From NCBI RefSeq assembly GCF_037042905.1, contig NC_087256.1, positions 19,902,001-19,966,000 of the forward strand: a stretch of DNA of 64,000 bases. Reading direction: 5' to 3'. A program made the position numbers and the translations under genes. Within the stretch, counting starts at the first letter, position 1; every line of letters begins with the position of its first letter. The notes below the pieces were generated by a model that saw only the letters and a list, made by a program, of their open reading frames with translations, did not search any database and was not told the origin of the DNA. This document shows positions 13,577 through 27,900 of this stretch, in pieces. The DNA comes from Lytechinus pictus (taxonomy: Eukaryota).

Positions 13577-14681
13577 TACGTCTTTTTTTTCTTCTTTTTT
13601 TTAAATTATTATTATCCCCGTTTGGTTCACAGATAGAATTTCACAAGTTCAGAAAGGAGTACTTGATACGGAGTGAAAAAATAGATCCTGTATCCTATGT
13701 TGTAGAATCTTCTAGCACCAATAGAGGAAATACACAGTTAATGATGTAATTTTGTCACAACTATCCTTGTTCTCTGTCGCCTTACGTATTATCCATAAAG
13801 GACTAATTTGAGGTAAAAGCGTGTCACACGCTGAGGAATTCGATAATGTTTCCGTTAATAGTGGCTAATCTCCTGATCTCTTTGTTTAACTGATTTTGTG
13901 ATAAATTCGGTCGCATGCCTATAAACTTTATTGACTTTGTATACCTATATCGTTTGTTTATAGATAGCATAAACGAACAAAGAAAGATACGATACGAGGT
14001 TATCACCACCGGTGAAAAAAAACGTAGAGCGAATGAATAATGAACGAATTTCCAACTTTATTTTCTTTGAAATAGATTGTAAACCGATATGACTCACCTT
14101 CAAAATTATTACTATATTTTCTATACCATGTTCTTCTTTCTTATAACGCAGTTTTGATATCAGTGAATTTTCATCAAATTATGTTATGATGAAAATTTTG
14201 CTTTATCGTTAGGAAATGCAATTATTCTGATTAATATCAAAATGATAAAAATAATTATAAGCATATTTAAATCTAAGAATATCAATAGAAAATGGTGATA
14301 ATAATCATAACGACGACGAAGATATAACTACTGATTATTAAAAACAAGTGGTAGTGATCATCAGACTAACAACAATAACAATACCCACATTAAACCATAG
14401 CATTAAGAATAGGCTTAATGAAAGCTTGAATATTTTGGAGGGCATTGAAGAACTAATTTCATACTCAAACTTTACGACCAAGACCACAATCAAAGGATTA
14501 GTGAAATAAAGTTTAACATCTTTATCACAACTCTATCTTTTCATTCGTATGATTATGCTATCACATAGGGATTATATTTACCTAGAATTTCATATCAGAA
14601 AGAACTCGTAATCGTTTACGTAAAAACGCAGTTGGAACAATCATTATGCATCTTCCTTTGTACACGAGTGGTGCCATAAAA

Positions 14682-17600
14682 ATGTACACCCTTCCCCTGG
14701 CTCTTCTTCTAATCCTTGGAATTACTCAACAAGGTAACTATGGCAACGTTTCAGCATCCACTTAAAAAAAGTTATTTTAGATTTTATTTTATTTGTGTTC
14801 ATATAACACAGTTACGGGCGAAATTAAAAATATAAACATTTCTTGTGCATCAAAGCTTTCATTTCTTGCTTATAAATTTGCCATTCAGCTTAGATAAAAG
14901 CGACGTACTTTGGTGACTTAACCATAAGTAATTATTTCTAAAGAACCATGCATTTGTTTGTTTTTGTTTGGGTAACAGGAGTTTGTTTTAAGTTAATTCC
15001 CTCTCTTACATTTCTCAATTTCAATTGCGATAAACTAGAATTCATCTTTTTGTTTTTCTTCAGAACTGATGCTATATGCGGTGAATAATTATTTCGATTA
15101 TGCGTGAAATTTCAGAGTGTTTCATTTCTCATTTTAACACTTCACTGTCTTCTGGGCTTAGTACATGCTACCCTACCTCCGATTCGAAAGATAGTTTTCC
15201 TATCGGATCGTCTCTGTATAGTGACGGTTTGTAGCATTGCCTTCAATTTGTTTCTCAATGTTCAGGTGATCACCATGACCAAGACTGTCTAGCGCGTTAA
15301 AGTAGGCCTATCCATGTAAAACACAAGTTCATATGTTATCTGGGGCAATGAAAAAATGTTCTTGTCATCATTTCCTTTCAACTTTCTAAATATTTATCTT
15401 AAAACTGATTAATAAATATTAATCATTGTAATTCACCGTACAACTCATCATCCTATATGCGTTGTTAAATGCCAATTAGCAGTCGAAGCTGAAGAAGTAT
15501 GCTTTGACGATGTCGGGTGCTTCGCCGATGATTCTTGCCACATCCCCGGTTTTCCACCACGATCACCGGACATCATCAACACACGCTTTCTGCTCTTCAC
15601 ACGGACGAACAGGGACGACTACCAGGAGCTGAACCTGCACGATGTCGAAGGACTGCGGGCTTCGAACTTCGACCCGAAGAGGAAGACGAAGATGTTCGTG
15701 CATGGCTGGTGGGCGTACGGACTAGATCCAGAAGAACTCGAGAGGAAAGATGCCTTCCTTGAAATGGTGACTATATTTTCTCTTGTTCTCTAGAGTTTGG
15801 ATACAATGTTGATGTCTTCATCCTGTAATGTGAACACCGAAAGAAAGAATAAAGAACATTATTATTCCGATCTTTTGGAATCATGATTCATTTTGTAAGA
15901 CTACTTTATTTTCATTAGAACTCCATGAGTTATTTGTTAGATTTTTGTAGACATTCTTACATGGATTAGGAGGCCTACTAATTTTTTAATACCTGATGAA
16001 TTCGTTGCTTCCATGAAACTTATTCGCAAATTTGAAATTCCGAATTGTAACTACCAGGAGGATGCTAATGTCATCCTGGTCGACTGGGAGAGGGGAGCGG
16101 CCGAGCCACGCTACGGGGTAGCCCATCAGAATACCAGGGTGGTCGGGCGACAGATTGGACTACTTGCCCGCTTCTTGAACCTCGAGACTGGAATGTATTT
16201 CAGGGATGTTCATCTGATCGGTTCGAGTCTCGATCGGGGCACACGCCGCAGGGTACGCCGGACAGTACCAGCCAGGATTCGGTAGAATTTCAGGTAAGGA
16301 GAATTATTAAAAGTAATGGCTCATATTATCCATGATTTATATAGACCTACCTACGACCCTAGACAATTTGAATAATATATTTTCTTGGAAGGGATGACGT
16401 ATATACATCCAAACAAAATATATTTTTGGAGTATACTCCCGCCCAACCAACATCAGCAAGGAAACTTATTAATACATTCACATCTAACCCTGATAATGGA
16501 AGGGGAATTTTGTAAACCGGACATCACAATGGGTCACGGTTCTTACATCTTTGGTAAAACTTCACAAGATAATTAAACCAATTAAATCAGGTATTTTTCT
16601 CTTTATTTTCATGCAGGCCTTGACCCCGCTGGCCCATACTTTCGCGACGAAGGATTCGACTTCCGCGATAATGGACCCGATTGCCGGCTCGATCCAACAG
16701 ATGCCATCTTTGTTGACGTCATCCATACTGATGCCAATGATATCACAGGTCTAGGACAGATGCTTCCGGTGAGAGCTAGCACCAGATATCATCTTTCTTT
16801 AGGGCTTATTGCATGGGTTTAAGAAAATAGTTCACCTACATTTTTAACGGAATGGAATAATTATGGCGTGGATATTGGCGGCTATACACTTGTTGCCATT
16901 GCCGTCTTGACTTGTAACACTTATCTATACTAAAGTGGTCGTCGCATTGTTGAGTCGTTTGATTATAATTGTTTTTGAAGGGGTAATGAAACTTCCTGTT
17001 CGTGTATGCACTTTTGAAGCTGTTAAACTGTGATGACAGCTTTCTTTACTCTGCATATAGGCCTTTCCAAATGTATCTTTAAATTACCCCAATTAAGGTG
17101 ATCTGTCAGTTCATCAGGCTTGAAAAATATTTGCATCTTGGCAAGACGGTTAATATGAAACTAGTATTCTTTCAAGGGATTTAGCATTTCTGAAAAAGCA
17201 ACTCATATCAAGGTATTTTGGCCTACATTCATCGCTGATTAAAGCCTCCTACATTACTTTCTCTCCTGGACCAACTGCCGACTGACAAATGATGCTTTCG
17301 TAGAAATGAAATCTGGGCCTTTTTTACGATGGAGCTAAGTCTGTGGATGAAATATAGGAATACAAATATTTGGAATATTAGAATATTGAAAAAAGGGGGG
17401 AAATATTATTGTAGGCCTATATGCATCCACAACCGTCATCTTAAATCAACTTGCCTTTCTGTTGTGAATTTTAGGCCTTCGGTGACAGGTTTCAATTTGT
17501 TTGTCCATGTTCAACAGCTAGGACATCAGGATTTCTACCCCAACGGTGGCCGCAAGCAAGCCGAATGTAACCTCATCGACCTCCTCTCGGGATGCAGTCA

Positions 17601-17817
17601 TTCCCGAGCCTGGAAGCTTTTTACCGAAAGTATCCTCTCCACTTGCAGCTTCACTGCGTACCCATGCGAGAGTTGGGCGCAGTTCGTGGCCGGTAACTGC
17701 GGCGATTGCGGTACGCGCGGTTGTCCCATCATGGGTTACCGCGCCGACGAAAACACCGCGGTTACGGGTAAATTTTACCTGTACACGAATGGGGATTCTC
17801 CATATTGCATAGACTGA
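14682..17817 (+). pseudogene. Lipase 2: pancreatic lipase-related gene with a 4-bp frameshift in exon 3. Exons 14682-14733, 15483-15766, 16058-16293, 16617-16768, 17518-17817
   Basis: Signal exon MYTLPLALLLILGITQQ; motifs [33 protein letters not shown]. Extra GATC at 16232-16235 converts GSSLG-AHAAGYAG into GSSLD.. with TAG at 16283-16285. Other exons are intact, so this could be a null allele or an assembly error. Confidence 0.8.
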
Positions 17818-18212
17818 TGCAGAAGTAGTAGGCAACTCAGTATATGACTTAAACAGATAAGGAAAAATGAGACAAACAAAACGCTGAAAATTAGATCAAA
17901 ATCGGCCATGGAATAAGAAATTTATGACATTTTAAAGAATTGCATGATTTCGGTGAAACAATTCTATGCATGTCTTCATGAATATTCAATGAGCAAACTG
18001 ATTTCAAATCCCTACTTGTTACTTTAGTGTTTTATTACATGAAATTATATTTGTTTTTCCCCAATAACTGAAGAAATTGATTGACAACTAATTTTTTAAT
18101 GCATTTAATATTCAGTGATGCAACTTATTTTATTGTAAGGGAGACATGTCATACACACTATATGAAAATTATATGATTTCATGTAATAATATAAGAAAAA
18201 GGGAAGTGGGGG

Positions 18213-20500
18213 TAGGGCCGTAGCCAGAAGCATTTTGTTGGGGGGGTGTACCAGCTAAATTTGCCAACTAAATTTGGCGTGACAGCGCCAACGTGAGCAC
18301 AGGGGGAGTCTGATGGGGGATGTGCCCCCCCCCCCTACAATAATCACATGCTAAAAGATTTTGAATTTTTAGAATTGAATTGGTGGCATTTGGTGAATAC
18401 TTTAAGGTAAAGTATACAAAGATATACAAAGATATTTGCACTTTAAAAAATAAAGGCTAGTGTGCCGTAGTTGCTAACTTGCAGTATAATGATATACCCT
18501 ATATGCAATAATGATATCAAAATCAAAGATTTGTTAATTTTTAATTGACCTTCTGTGCAAGATGTCTCAACTAAAATTTCAAGAGTGCTACTGCTAACAG
18601 TGACGTACCGTGGGTCACCAGCAAAAATTTAGAGTCATTAAGTGGGCGCGCTCAATTGCCAGGTATACTGACCTGATCAGACGGAGACGTTTTAAGGACT
18701 GTGGCATTAAACGGATATGTATCTTAGTGATCAAATAATGCGAGCGCGAAGCGCGAGCTGAAAATGTTTGATATTCAGTCCTAAAAAGGGACATTATAAG
18801 CAAAGTTTTGTAATCATGATACGTACCTGTCTTACAAAACAAACAATGCGAGCGCGAAGCGTGAGCTGAAATTTTTTGTATAACTTAACCCTAAAAAGGA
18901 ACATTTTCAGGACTATCTTTTGGAATTTATGAAGTGCGTACGTATCTCATCATAGTCATCTAATACAAGCGCCAAGCGCTTGCTGATTTTGTTAGAATTA
19001 CACTGGCACATGAAGCACTTTTTGTGGTCATTGTAATCATGAACATGATACGTATTTCACTAATGAAATATTGCGGGCGAGAAGCGCGAGGTGACAATTT
19101 TTGAAATTCAGACCTGAAGAGGGGCATTCTATGGCTTGTTTGTAGGAATTTACTATTTCACTAATTAAGTGATGCGAGCGCGAAGCGCGAGCTGAAAATT
19201 TGTTATAATTAGATCAGAAAAAGGGACATTTTAAGGACTGTCTTTAGGAATTCGTGCACTGCAAAAACGCCTGTGTTGATTTAACACCAGCCCGGTATCT
19301 ATATCGGTCCACACCAATGCGAACGTAAGCACTGACTGGAAATGTTTTATTAAGGCCTTAAAAGGGGGCAATCACTTTAAGTATATAGTCATGAAAAAAG
19401 CATATGTCACTACATAAAACAATGATAACTTGAAGTGCGAGGAGATAGTTTTTTGCATAATCTTTATGGACTTAAAATACAACAGGACTTTATGTCTCAT
19501 TAGTCAGACAATGCGAGCACCAGGAATGATGCAACCCCAACCTGCCCCCATCCCCATCCTAAGCACCTTCTGACACCATAAATTAAAAAAAAAGTTTAGT
19601 AAAAATAACTTAGAACATTTTTGTGTTTTTTGCCAACTGCAAACTTGTAGACAAGCCAGTCTACAAGTTGTAGACTTGTCTTCATGAATTTGCCAACTGC
19701 AGAGTTACCATTTTTTAAAGTCTTGTGTTCTGTTCTTTTCAGATCTGAAACGGGGCAGTACTTGTACATCACTTTGCTGACTGGTAGAGCGTATAGTGTT
19801 CTGCCACTTTAATAGGCCCACTTTATAATTTGCCAACTATACTTTGGCTTTGATTATTCAACTTAAACCTTGGAAATTCATCCAACCCAATATTTATGAA
19901 CCTAGTCTTGCCTCTAATTTTACAAAACTAATGTGTTTGTTAAATCGTCAATAATTGTGGTATAATTTGCAAACTAACAAGCTTGTTCACATTGGGGGAG
20001 GACCGGGGGCTTACTTTGTGTGTTATTATAGCTCCATCTGTTTTGTACTTAGTATTTTGCTGACTAGTAGGGCTCTAAGCCTGGCTACATGGACTTGGAT
20101 TTGCCAATTGGTTGTCTTTACTCTAAAAGTCGTTACCTTCTTCNNNNNNNNNNNNNNNNNNNNNNNNNNNNNNNNNNNNNNNNNNNNNNNNNNNNNNNNN
20201 NNNNNNNNNNNNNNNNNNNNNNNNNNNNNNNNNNNNNNNNNNNNNNNNNNNNNNNNNNNNNNNNNNNNNNNNNNNNNNNNNNNNNNNNNNNNNNNNNNNN
20301 NNNNNNNNNNNNNNNNNNNNNNNNNNNNNNNNNNNNNNNNNNNNNNNNNNNNNNNNNNNNNNNNNNNNNNNNNNNNNNNNNNNNNNNNNNNNNNNNNNNN
20401 NNNNNNNNNNNNNNNNNCAACTGGTACATGATTTTGCCGACTGCCACGAATGTTGGGGGGGTGTCGCACCCCCCATACCCCCCCTCTAGCTACGGCCCTG
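18213..20500. mobile_element. Composite non-autonomous hAT-type element (spans an N gap), inserted into an older Kolobok-like MITE (~17850-18212 and 20501-20680)
   Basis: TIRs TAGGGCCGTAGC / GCTACGGCCCTG with 8-bp TSD AGTGGGGG (18205-18212, 20501-20508). ~18598-19530 is homologous to the element at 42445-43599. Confidence 0.75.
20144..20417. other. Assembly gap (N run)
   Basis: Run of N. Confidence 1.
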
Positions 20501-20680
20501 AGTGGGGGTCTGACATCATCAGCACAACAAGTGAATATTCATGACAACGTGCATATAACTAATTTTCACAAAATATTTCTAAACGCTTACATTCAATAAC
20601 TTTGTTATTAATTGTTATCCGACTTTGATTAAATTTTCAGCATTTTGCTCGGTGAATTTTACGCTTTTTAGCCCGGAGTA

Positions 20681-20813
20681 CAGTGGCGTACCTAGGATTT
20701 TCCTCAGGGGGGGCAAAACCGTCCGCCCAAAAATTTGACAAGCAAAAAAAAAAAAAAAAAAGGTCTTCGATCACAAAATTAATAAAAGATTCCGTACCAG
20801 AAAAAAATTGACA

Positions 20814-20849
<36 letters not shown>

Positions 20850-21024
20850 TCTTCAAGCTCGTCAGGGGGGCAATAAAGGTCTTCAAGCTCGTCAGGGGGG
20901 GGGGGGCAAAAAAGGTTTTTCAAGCCCGTCAGGTGGGGCAAAGATACGTCTTTTGCATTGGTTGTGACTCGTCAGGGGGGGCAGAGTGCCCCCCCTGCCC
21001 CCCCCCCCCGTAGGTACGCTAGTG
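20681..21024. mobile_element. hAT-type MITE
   Basis: Termini CAGTGGCGTACCTA / TAGGTACGCTAGTG; perfect 8-bp TSD CCGGAGTA; internal CTCGTCAGGGGGG repeats. Confidence 0.85.
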
Positions 21025-21940
21025 CCGGAGTATATACGCTTTTTAGTCTTGTATGGTTTGAAACTGCAACAGAAGATATCCGATATATCAGCAGGTTGTG
21101 GTACTCGAAGGTTTAAAAGACCTCTCTTTCAGGTTGTGCAGTAGACCCATTTCTTTAATAGCATTTACGAAGTTAACCTAAATATGTTTTTATTTTTAAA
21201 CGTAACCCGTCCACTGTCATTTTTTTTACTCAATGCGGGCTACTACCTGACAATTTATTTCTCTTGAACATATGAAGAATAATCTAACAAACTTTAACAT
21301 TAAGGGTAATTCGACTTTGGTATGATTTTACCCAGGCTGGTTGTAGGTGAAAGCCCACCCCCCCCCCCCATTAAAAAAGACGGGAAAAGAAAAAGAATAA
21401 TAAAAAAAAAAGATTAATCAAGAAGGCATAAATGCTCAGACAAGGAATGGAAAGATACGAACGCTTGAAAAGGGTTTAATTTGTTTGTTTTAGATTATTC
21501 TAATTAGAAAAATTTTAATTCATAGAGTTATAAATGTGCGTTCCCCCTAATAAACTTTTTCTTTCTCTGGGAAATATTAAGACTACAGCTAATTTGTACA
21601 CATAGGTTGTATATCCCTGTAAAGGAAGGGAACATTGTTCTGACGCGGGTCAAACTCCCCGTCCAATGCATGTTTGGTTTACAGATTACGATAAAGTACA
21701 TTAGCTGGCTAGGCTAATCTTATCAAAAACATCTGTTATATTTCGCATGACAAATGATATGTAGTAATATTTGAAAAAGCAAGCGTCTTGAATAATTTAA
21801 GATAAAATAGTAATTAATCAATATTATTTCCCGATGAAATTATTTCAGCAAATGGAATGACGACAAAACCTTATCCGGATATTTTGTTATGAGTTTGACT
21901 ACTCGCAGATTACTTAAATTGGGTTATTCATTCAGTCGTC

Positions 21941-24900
21941 ATGGCTTTTAGAAGGTTGCTTTTGATTGTTCTTGGTGTTCTTTCAAAACAAGGTAAGAAA
22001 CGAACCTTTTCTTTCATGTTGGATATATAATGATAACGCGAATATGCATACAATTGCTGGACAGATATTTTCTGGGAGGGGGGCTACAAACATGATACAA
22101 GTTTTGTTTGGGCTTTGAATTAGTCAACCTAACGATGGGATGGCAGTTTGTTACCATGACATTTGCTCTGGTAACAATTGGTCCGCTGCAAAAAAAAGCC
22201 CGGAACAACAATTGTCGCCGGGGCAAAATGTTGTGTACCGGCTGTTCATATACAACCGTATTGAACCTTATTTTGCTTTGTTGTAAAGTTGCAGAGCTCT
22301 AATGGATTAGGACCCCGCCTTATGGTGGATTAAAAATGCCACAAAGATTTTAGGGAGTTTTCGCAACAGCTACTCAGACGCTTTCTGAAACGTAGAGAAT
22401 ATATTGTCAATTCCCCTCATGACAATGAAGTCTTTGTCGAGGGTTGGTCAATCGAAACAGCAGTTTCGTCCGTGACGCTGGAGCTCCAAACTGTCGGACG
22501 AAACTGCTGTTTCGGTTCACCTATCCTCGACAAAGACTTCATTATCATGAGGGGAATTGACAATATATTCTCTACGTTTCAGAAAGCGTCTGAGTAGCTG
22601 TTGCGAAAACTCCCTAAAACCTTTGTGGCATTTTTAATCCACCATAAGGCGGGGTCCTAATCCATCAGAGCTCAGCAGCTTTACAACAAAGCAAAATAAG
22701 GTTCAATACGGTTGTATATGAACAGCCGGTGATTTGACTTACATTTTCAGTGCATTCTCTTCGTACTGGGATAGAGTTTTGCGTGGCAGTTAGTACAAAA
22801 ATTCCCTATTATCTCGTCATGATCGGCCTATTATCTCGTCATGATGGGCCTATCATCTTACTAGCGAAAATATCAGATGACGAGATCTTGGATCTTATCG
22901 ACATCGTGTTGACATCCTTGGATGTCGTTATTATGTCGACATCACGTGGGAGAGATTATCAGATTACATGATCTCGTATCTGGTCATTTGTACATACATC
23001 CTTTTGAAGAAATGATCAGATAACAATATCTTGGATCTCGTCTTGTCTCCTCTACATCCTGTGGGAGTGATGATCAGCTGACATGATCTTGGATCCATGA
23101 TCATGTCATCTGATCATCTCTTCTCGAAGCTGAAAACATGACGAGATCCAAGATCTTGATATCAGAACAGAAGGGAAATGTGTCATGTCTTCCGCACGTT
23201 TTACTGTCATATTAGAGCTAAGTTTGAAATATGAATTACTGATATTATATTGATATGATATTCGTTCTTTTAACTTTGAGACCTTGAATTTAAAAAAAAT
23301 GATTTTCGCTGTAACCTCATGAACAAAAATGTAGAGTTTTTGTAAGATAGTTATAAATAAGATATTTTCATCATTCATTTAACAATACATAATGTATTTC
23401 CAGATTGAAACAATTTGGTGAAAGTGTTAAAATTCTCGATGTTGCCCTTATTTGCCTTAAATTCTGAAAAGGTAGCAAAAGTGGTATTATCGTGTAGGAA
23501 ATGCAATTTTCATTCATTATAGAGTATATACTTACGAAGATCTTCCATCGCTCTTGATGCAGGATAGGCTATCGGCAGGAAGATCTATGCCTTCTGTTCT
23601 GGGCTGTCCTTTTTATAAATCTGTCGAGTTGCTTCAGTCTCAGATTCTGCTTCAATATCTAGATTCTAGCTGTTTCGAGAACGAGCCCTCCTTCGTCTAA
23701 AAAAAAAAAGGTTAAAAAGAATACAAATGATCAGTCAAAAATGGGGGTTTTCATGTTCACTCCATATATAAAATCACTCACACAAGCATGCGAGGTTAGA
23801 AAATCTGAAGTGACATTGGGTGTTAAATATGCAAATCATAGTGTTTTAAACGAATTAATTTGCACACAGAAAAAGGATAATAATTATTTCATTATTTATT
23901 CAACAATGGCTTGAAGTTTACGTTGTTAAGAATGTGCCTGACAAATTTCGACGCAATCGCGCGAGCCGTTACCGAAATAAGAAGGGGGGTATCAAGTCTT
24001 CAATAAGCCTCAAATAGCCCAGTCCTTTTAGGTCTAAAGTAACGTACAATAATTTCGTTCAAGAAATAAACTTTTTATCTTTCTTCATTCAATGCAAATA
24101 TTCATTAATCATTGTATTTTAAAATTCAACCTAGAGTAAGGGAAATAAGCTTCATCTATCTTCGTAATTCAATGGAAATGTAAAATGCATTTGACCATGC
24201 ATAGCCTAATATAAGCCCTTTACATTAACATTATTTTGTCTGTGACTGTAAGCAGTAACAAACAATGATTAGAATTTCACTCTGTGTTAAATCACACTTA
24301 ATGAAATTAAACGATTCAAATGATATAGTGACTTCTTTGCTTACCTTTCTGATGAAATTAATTTTCTAAATTTGCAGAATGACACTGATAAAATGGAATC
24401 GTAGCCCCATCTAAACATACTAGAACCTGATAATGAGCTGTAAAAGCGCGGATGAATACATCTTCGCATTCAGACCATGCGGTCTTGAGTCGGCGGTGCC
24501 AGAACAAAAGGTGTTTATTTCGACATAGCAACAATGAGGCATGACATGCCATTCCTTTACATGGCATCACATACCGTTAATCCAACAACCAACAAACCGG
24601 TCAGTAGTCACAAGGGGCGGGTACAAGATTTCATAGATGGGATAATAGCCATATATAGCTCTCTGATAAAGAGTTATCACACACAAAATTACATTTCCGT
24701 CTTATTTTAGGGGCAGATCGCCCCCCCCCCTTTCCCTCCTAGATCTGATAGGAAGAGAGAGCACAAAAAAGTGACCTGGATAGTTGACGTTAGTGTTTCA
24801 TCATCATATTATATTTTCAATAAACGTTCCCATTTTTATTTAGTTAAACACTTAATGAAAGAAAAAATCCGGGACTATTTCCTTCCAGTCGGCCCACTAC

Positions 24901-27900
24901 CCATTGGGAGTCGTCACCTTATGCACTTTTTGTTTTCAATCGGACAAATAAATTCGAATGAAGTAAAGCGGATTTTGAATATAGGCGCCGCCATTTTATT
25001 TGACTTTGAAATATTCTATTCACCTGTATTTTCACGTCTCGTTATCAGGGGGTGTTTCATCAAGCAAATAGTCAATGATTTTTACTGACAAATTGGCTCT
25101 GAGCCAATAGGATGCGAGGTATTTGCCTTTGGTAGAGGCTTATAACGAAATAGTCCGTGAAAATCACTAAATAGTTTCGTGAAATGCTCCCTTGATCACT
25201 GAAGCAGACGTGTTGCGAACATTGTTATACCAAAGACATTCTGACACATCAACATGATTATAGCACATTGTAACAGATGTACAACATTCTTACATCAAGA
25301 TCCAAATTCTTTTGGGCTTTTCTTCTCGGTTTGCACGAACAAAATAATTAATTAATTTGGTTTCCTTGTTATGTAGTATTCATTGGATAATAAAGTGAGG
25401 ATGGATGGATTCAATGGAGCATTAATCCGGGCAAAAACAAAGGCACCATCATGTTTTATTTCGAGGGAATCAGATTCGTAAATGCATTTGCCTTTGGGAA
25501 AATCCCCGGGTGCTGCTCAAATAGCGGTCATTCTTCTTTTTTATTGTATTAAAACAAACATGGATGGATAATTTTGGAAATGGAAACATAAGCTAAACAA
25601 TGTGAACAAGATACTTAAAATAACATTATTTAACAGTTATTGATTCTCTCAAAAAAAATAGGTCGTTGGTAAAAAAAATTGTTCTTATTTCTTCAAAATA
25701 ACATGATTTAGCCTTATTAATTGGTGTATTTGGAATCAAAGTGTTTATTCACCAAGAGTTAAATTAAGCTGCTAAAATGGATAAGTCCGTGGAATGTACT
25801 TGAAATGGTAATGCCTTTTGCATTTTTAAACTTTCTTTATATCTGGGGTAAGCAAGCTGCAATCTCATTTGGGGTATGAAAAACACGATCAATGAAGACA
25901 GGGTTATTTGGTTTTAAACTACATGATTGATTTTGTTTTTTTCACGGAACATGTGCTGAATTTTCAGACCGTTATGAGCCAACGGATTTTTAAATTCAGA
26001 GGTAAACTTGGTGTATGATTCAACTTGAATCAATGTCAATAATTCAGAACATTATGAATACATCCTCTTAATTCACTTCGGTTTATTTCGAAGTTTTATC
26101 CGAAGAGATATGCTACGATGACGTTGGTTGTTTTACCGATGAAGATTGCCACTGGCTAGGTTTCCCGCCGAAATCACCTCAAGAAATCAACACGCGGTTC
26201 TTTCTCTACACAAGACGCAATCCGGTCGAACCACAGGAGCTCAAACGGGGTGACGTCGACGGTCTCCGAGCGTCGAACTTTGACCCTAGGAAGAAGACAA
26301 AGATTTCCGCTCATGGCTACACAGCTGACTCCTTCAGGCCATGGGAGGTAGATAAAAAGGATGCATTCCTTGAAGCGGTAATGAAATACTTATTTATTCA
26401 CTTCGATTAGCATGAGGATTTGAAATAAAAAGTCAGATGTAAAATACAAGACTTAATATAACTGTATAAGTCAATAATAGTTAAGATTTCCAAGCTTCTC
26501 GAAAATTAATTTCCATCCTTACAGAACATGCAGAATTCCTAAAGCCAACAGCCACGAAACCTTTCAATATTCGTGTTTAAATGGCCTAATGAACTGATAG
26601 CACAAATTATTTTACTCTCCCTATATATGCTTCTGTATTTGTTCGGGATTATCTGCCTTATTTTAAGCGGGGGGGTTTTTTGGTGAAGGTTGTTGAGTTG
26701 CCAACAGTGCATTGATTCATTATTCACTTTATATTGGTTAATGAATATGGCTCATCACCACCTTAGAAACCAAATCTTCGTGTGGTTTAAATGCAATCAC
26801 GGAGGAGAAAGAATTCTACAACGTCGAAAATCTAACGTCAAAGCCCTTCATGACAAAGCAGCCTTTGTCGAAAAATCGTTGAAATCGATCAAAACAGCAG
26901 TTTTGGACTCTGGACTAACGACATATTTGCAATTTTTCGTCAGCTCAGAATCTTACGACGGTCAGCTCCCCCGGTTTACCAATTTTCGACAAAGACCTCT
27001 CAGCTGTTCATTGTGATTTGACGGGCATTTTCAATAGATTTTCTATGTTGTATAATCCGTCCCCGTCAAGATGGCGAAAACTCGCTATTGTTATTTTACC
27101 GCGCCCTTTTTTCATCCCCCACAGGAAGATGCAAACGTCATCTGTGTCGACTGGTCCGAAGGCGCCTCAGGTCTGTACAGCAAATGCCACCAGAACGTCC
27201 GCGTGGTCGGGCGTGAGATTGGCCTTCTCATTCGTTTTCTTAACCTGGAGATGGGGATGTTCTACAAGGACCTCCATGTCATTGGGATGAGTCTTGGGGC
27301 ACAAGCAGTTGGATACGCCGGCGAATTCCAACCTGGAATTGCAAGAATTACAGGTGCGAGGATGGCGATTCCCTCGCCTTTAAGCTGTCCAAGGAGATAT
27401 ATCTCCTTGATCTGTCCATACCATTATGTGACTGAATTGAATTTATTTCCACATCGCCATGTGTAATAACCTACATTTACATGAAACAGTACATCACAAA
27501 ATAGATTTATTTTATCAATATCCAAAGCAACTAATAGTATCAGGGACGGTGCTACTAGAGGAATCGGGTGATCACCCCATCATATCTAAAGTACAGAACG
27601 AAGAGGAGAAAAACAAGAAAAAAAAGGTACTGAAAAGATCAAATAAAAGTATCAAAAGGAGAGATATTTTTATGTCGTCTTTCCCTTATCAAAATACTCT
27701 GACACATATAAACTTTTTACGATACGCTTCATTTTGGTATAGAATATAGCTAGATTAATGTCTATCCTAATTCCTGAATACATTGAATAATGATAATTTA
27801 TATGATGATATATATTATATATTGAGGGCGATCCACTGGCGTACCTAGGATTTTCCAGAAGGGGGGGGGGGGAATTTTTTGGAGGATATTTCGTCCGCGA

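Noticed and set aside
14646-14681. Upstream in-frame ATG extending lipase 2 by 12 aa
   Set aside because: ATG 14682 has better context (AAAATG) and gives a 52-nt signal exon matching the paralogs; the extension cannot be fully excluded.
19955-20544. Long ORFs containing X runs (also 46367-46732)
   Set aside because: Artefacts of N gaps.
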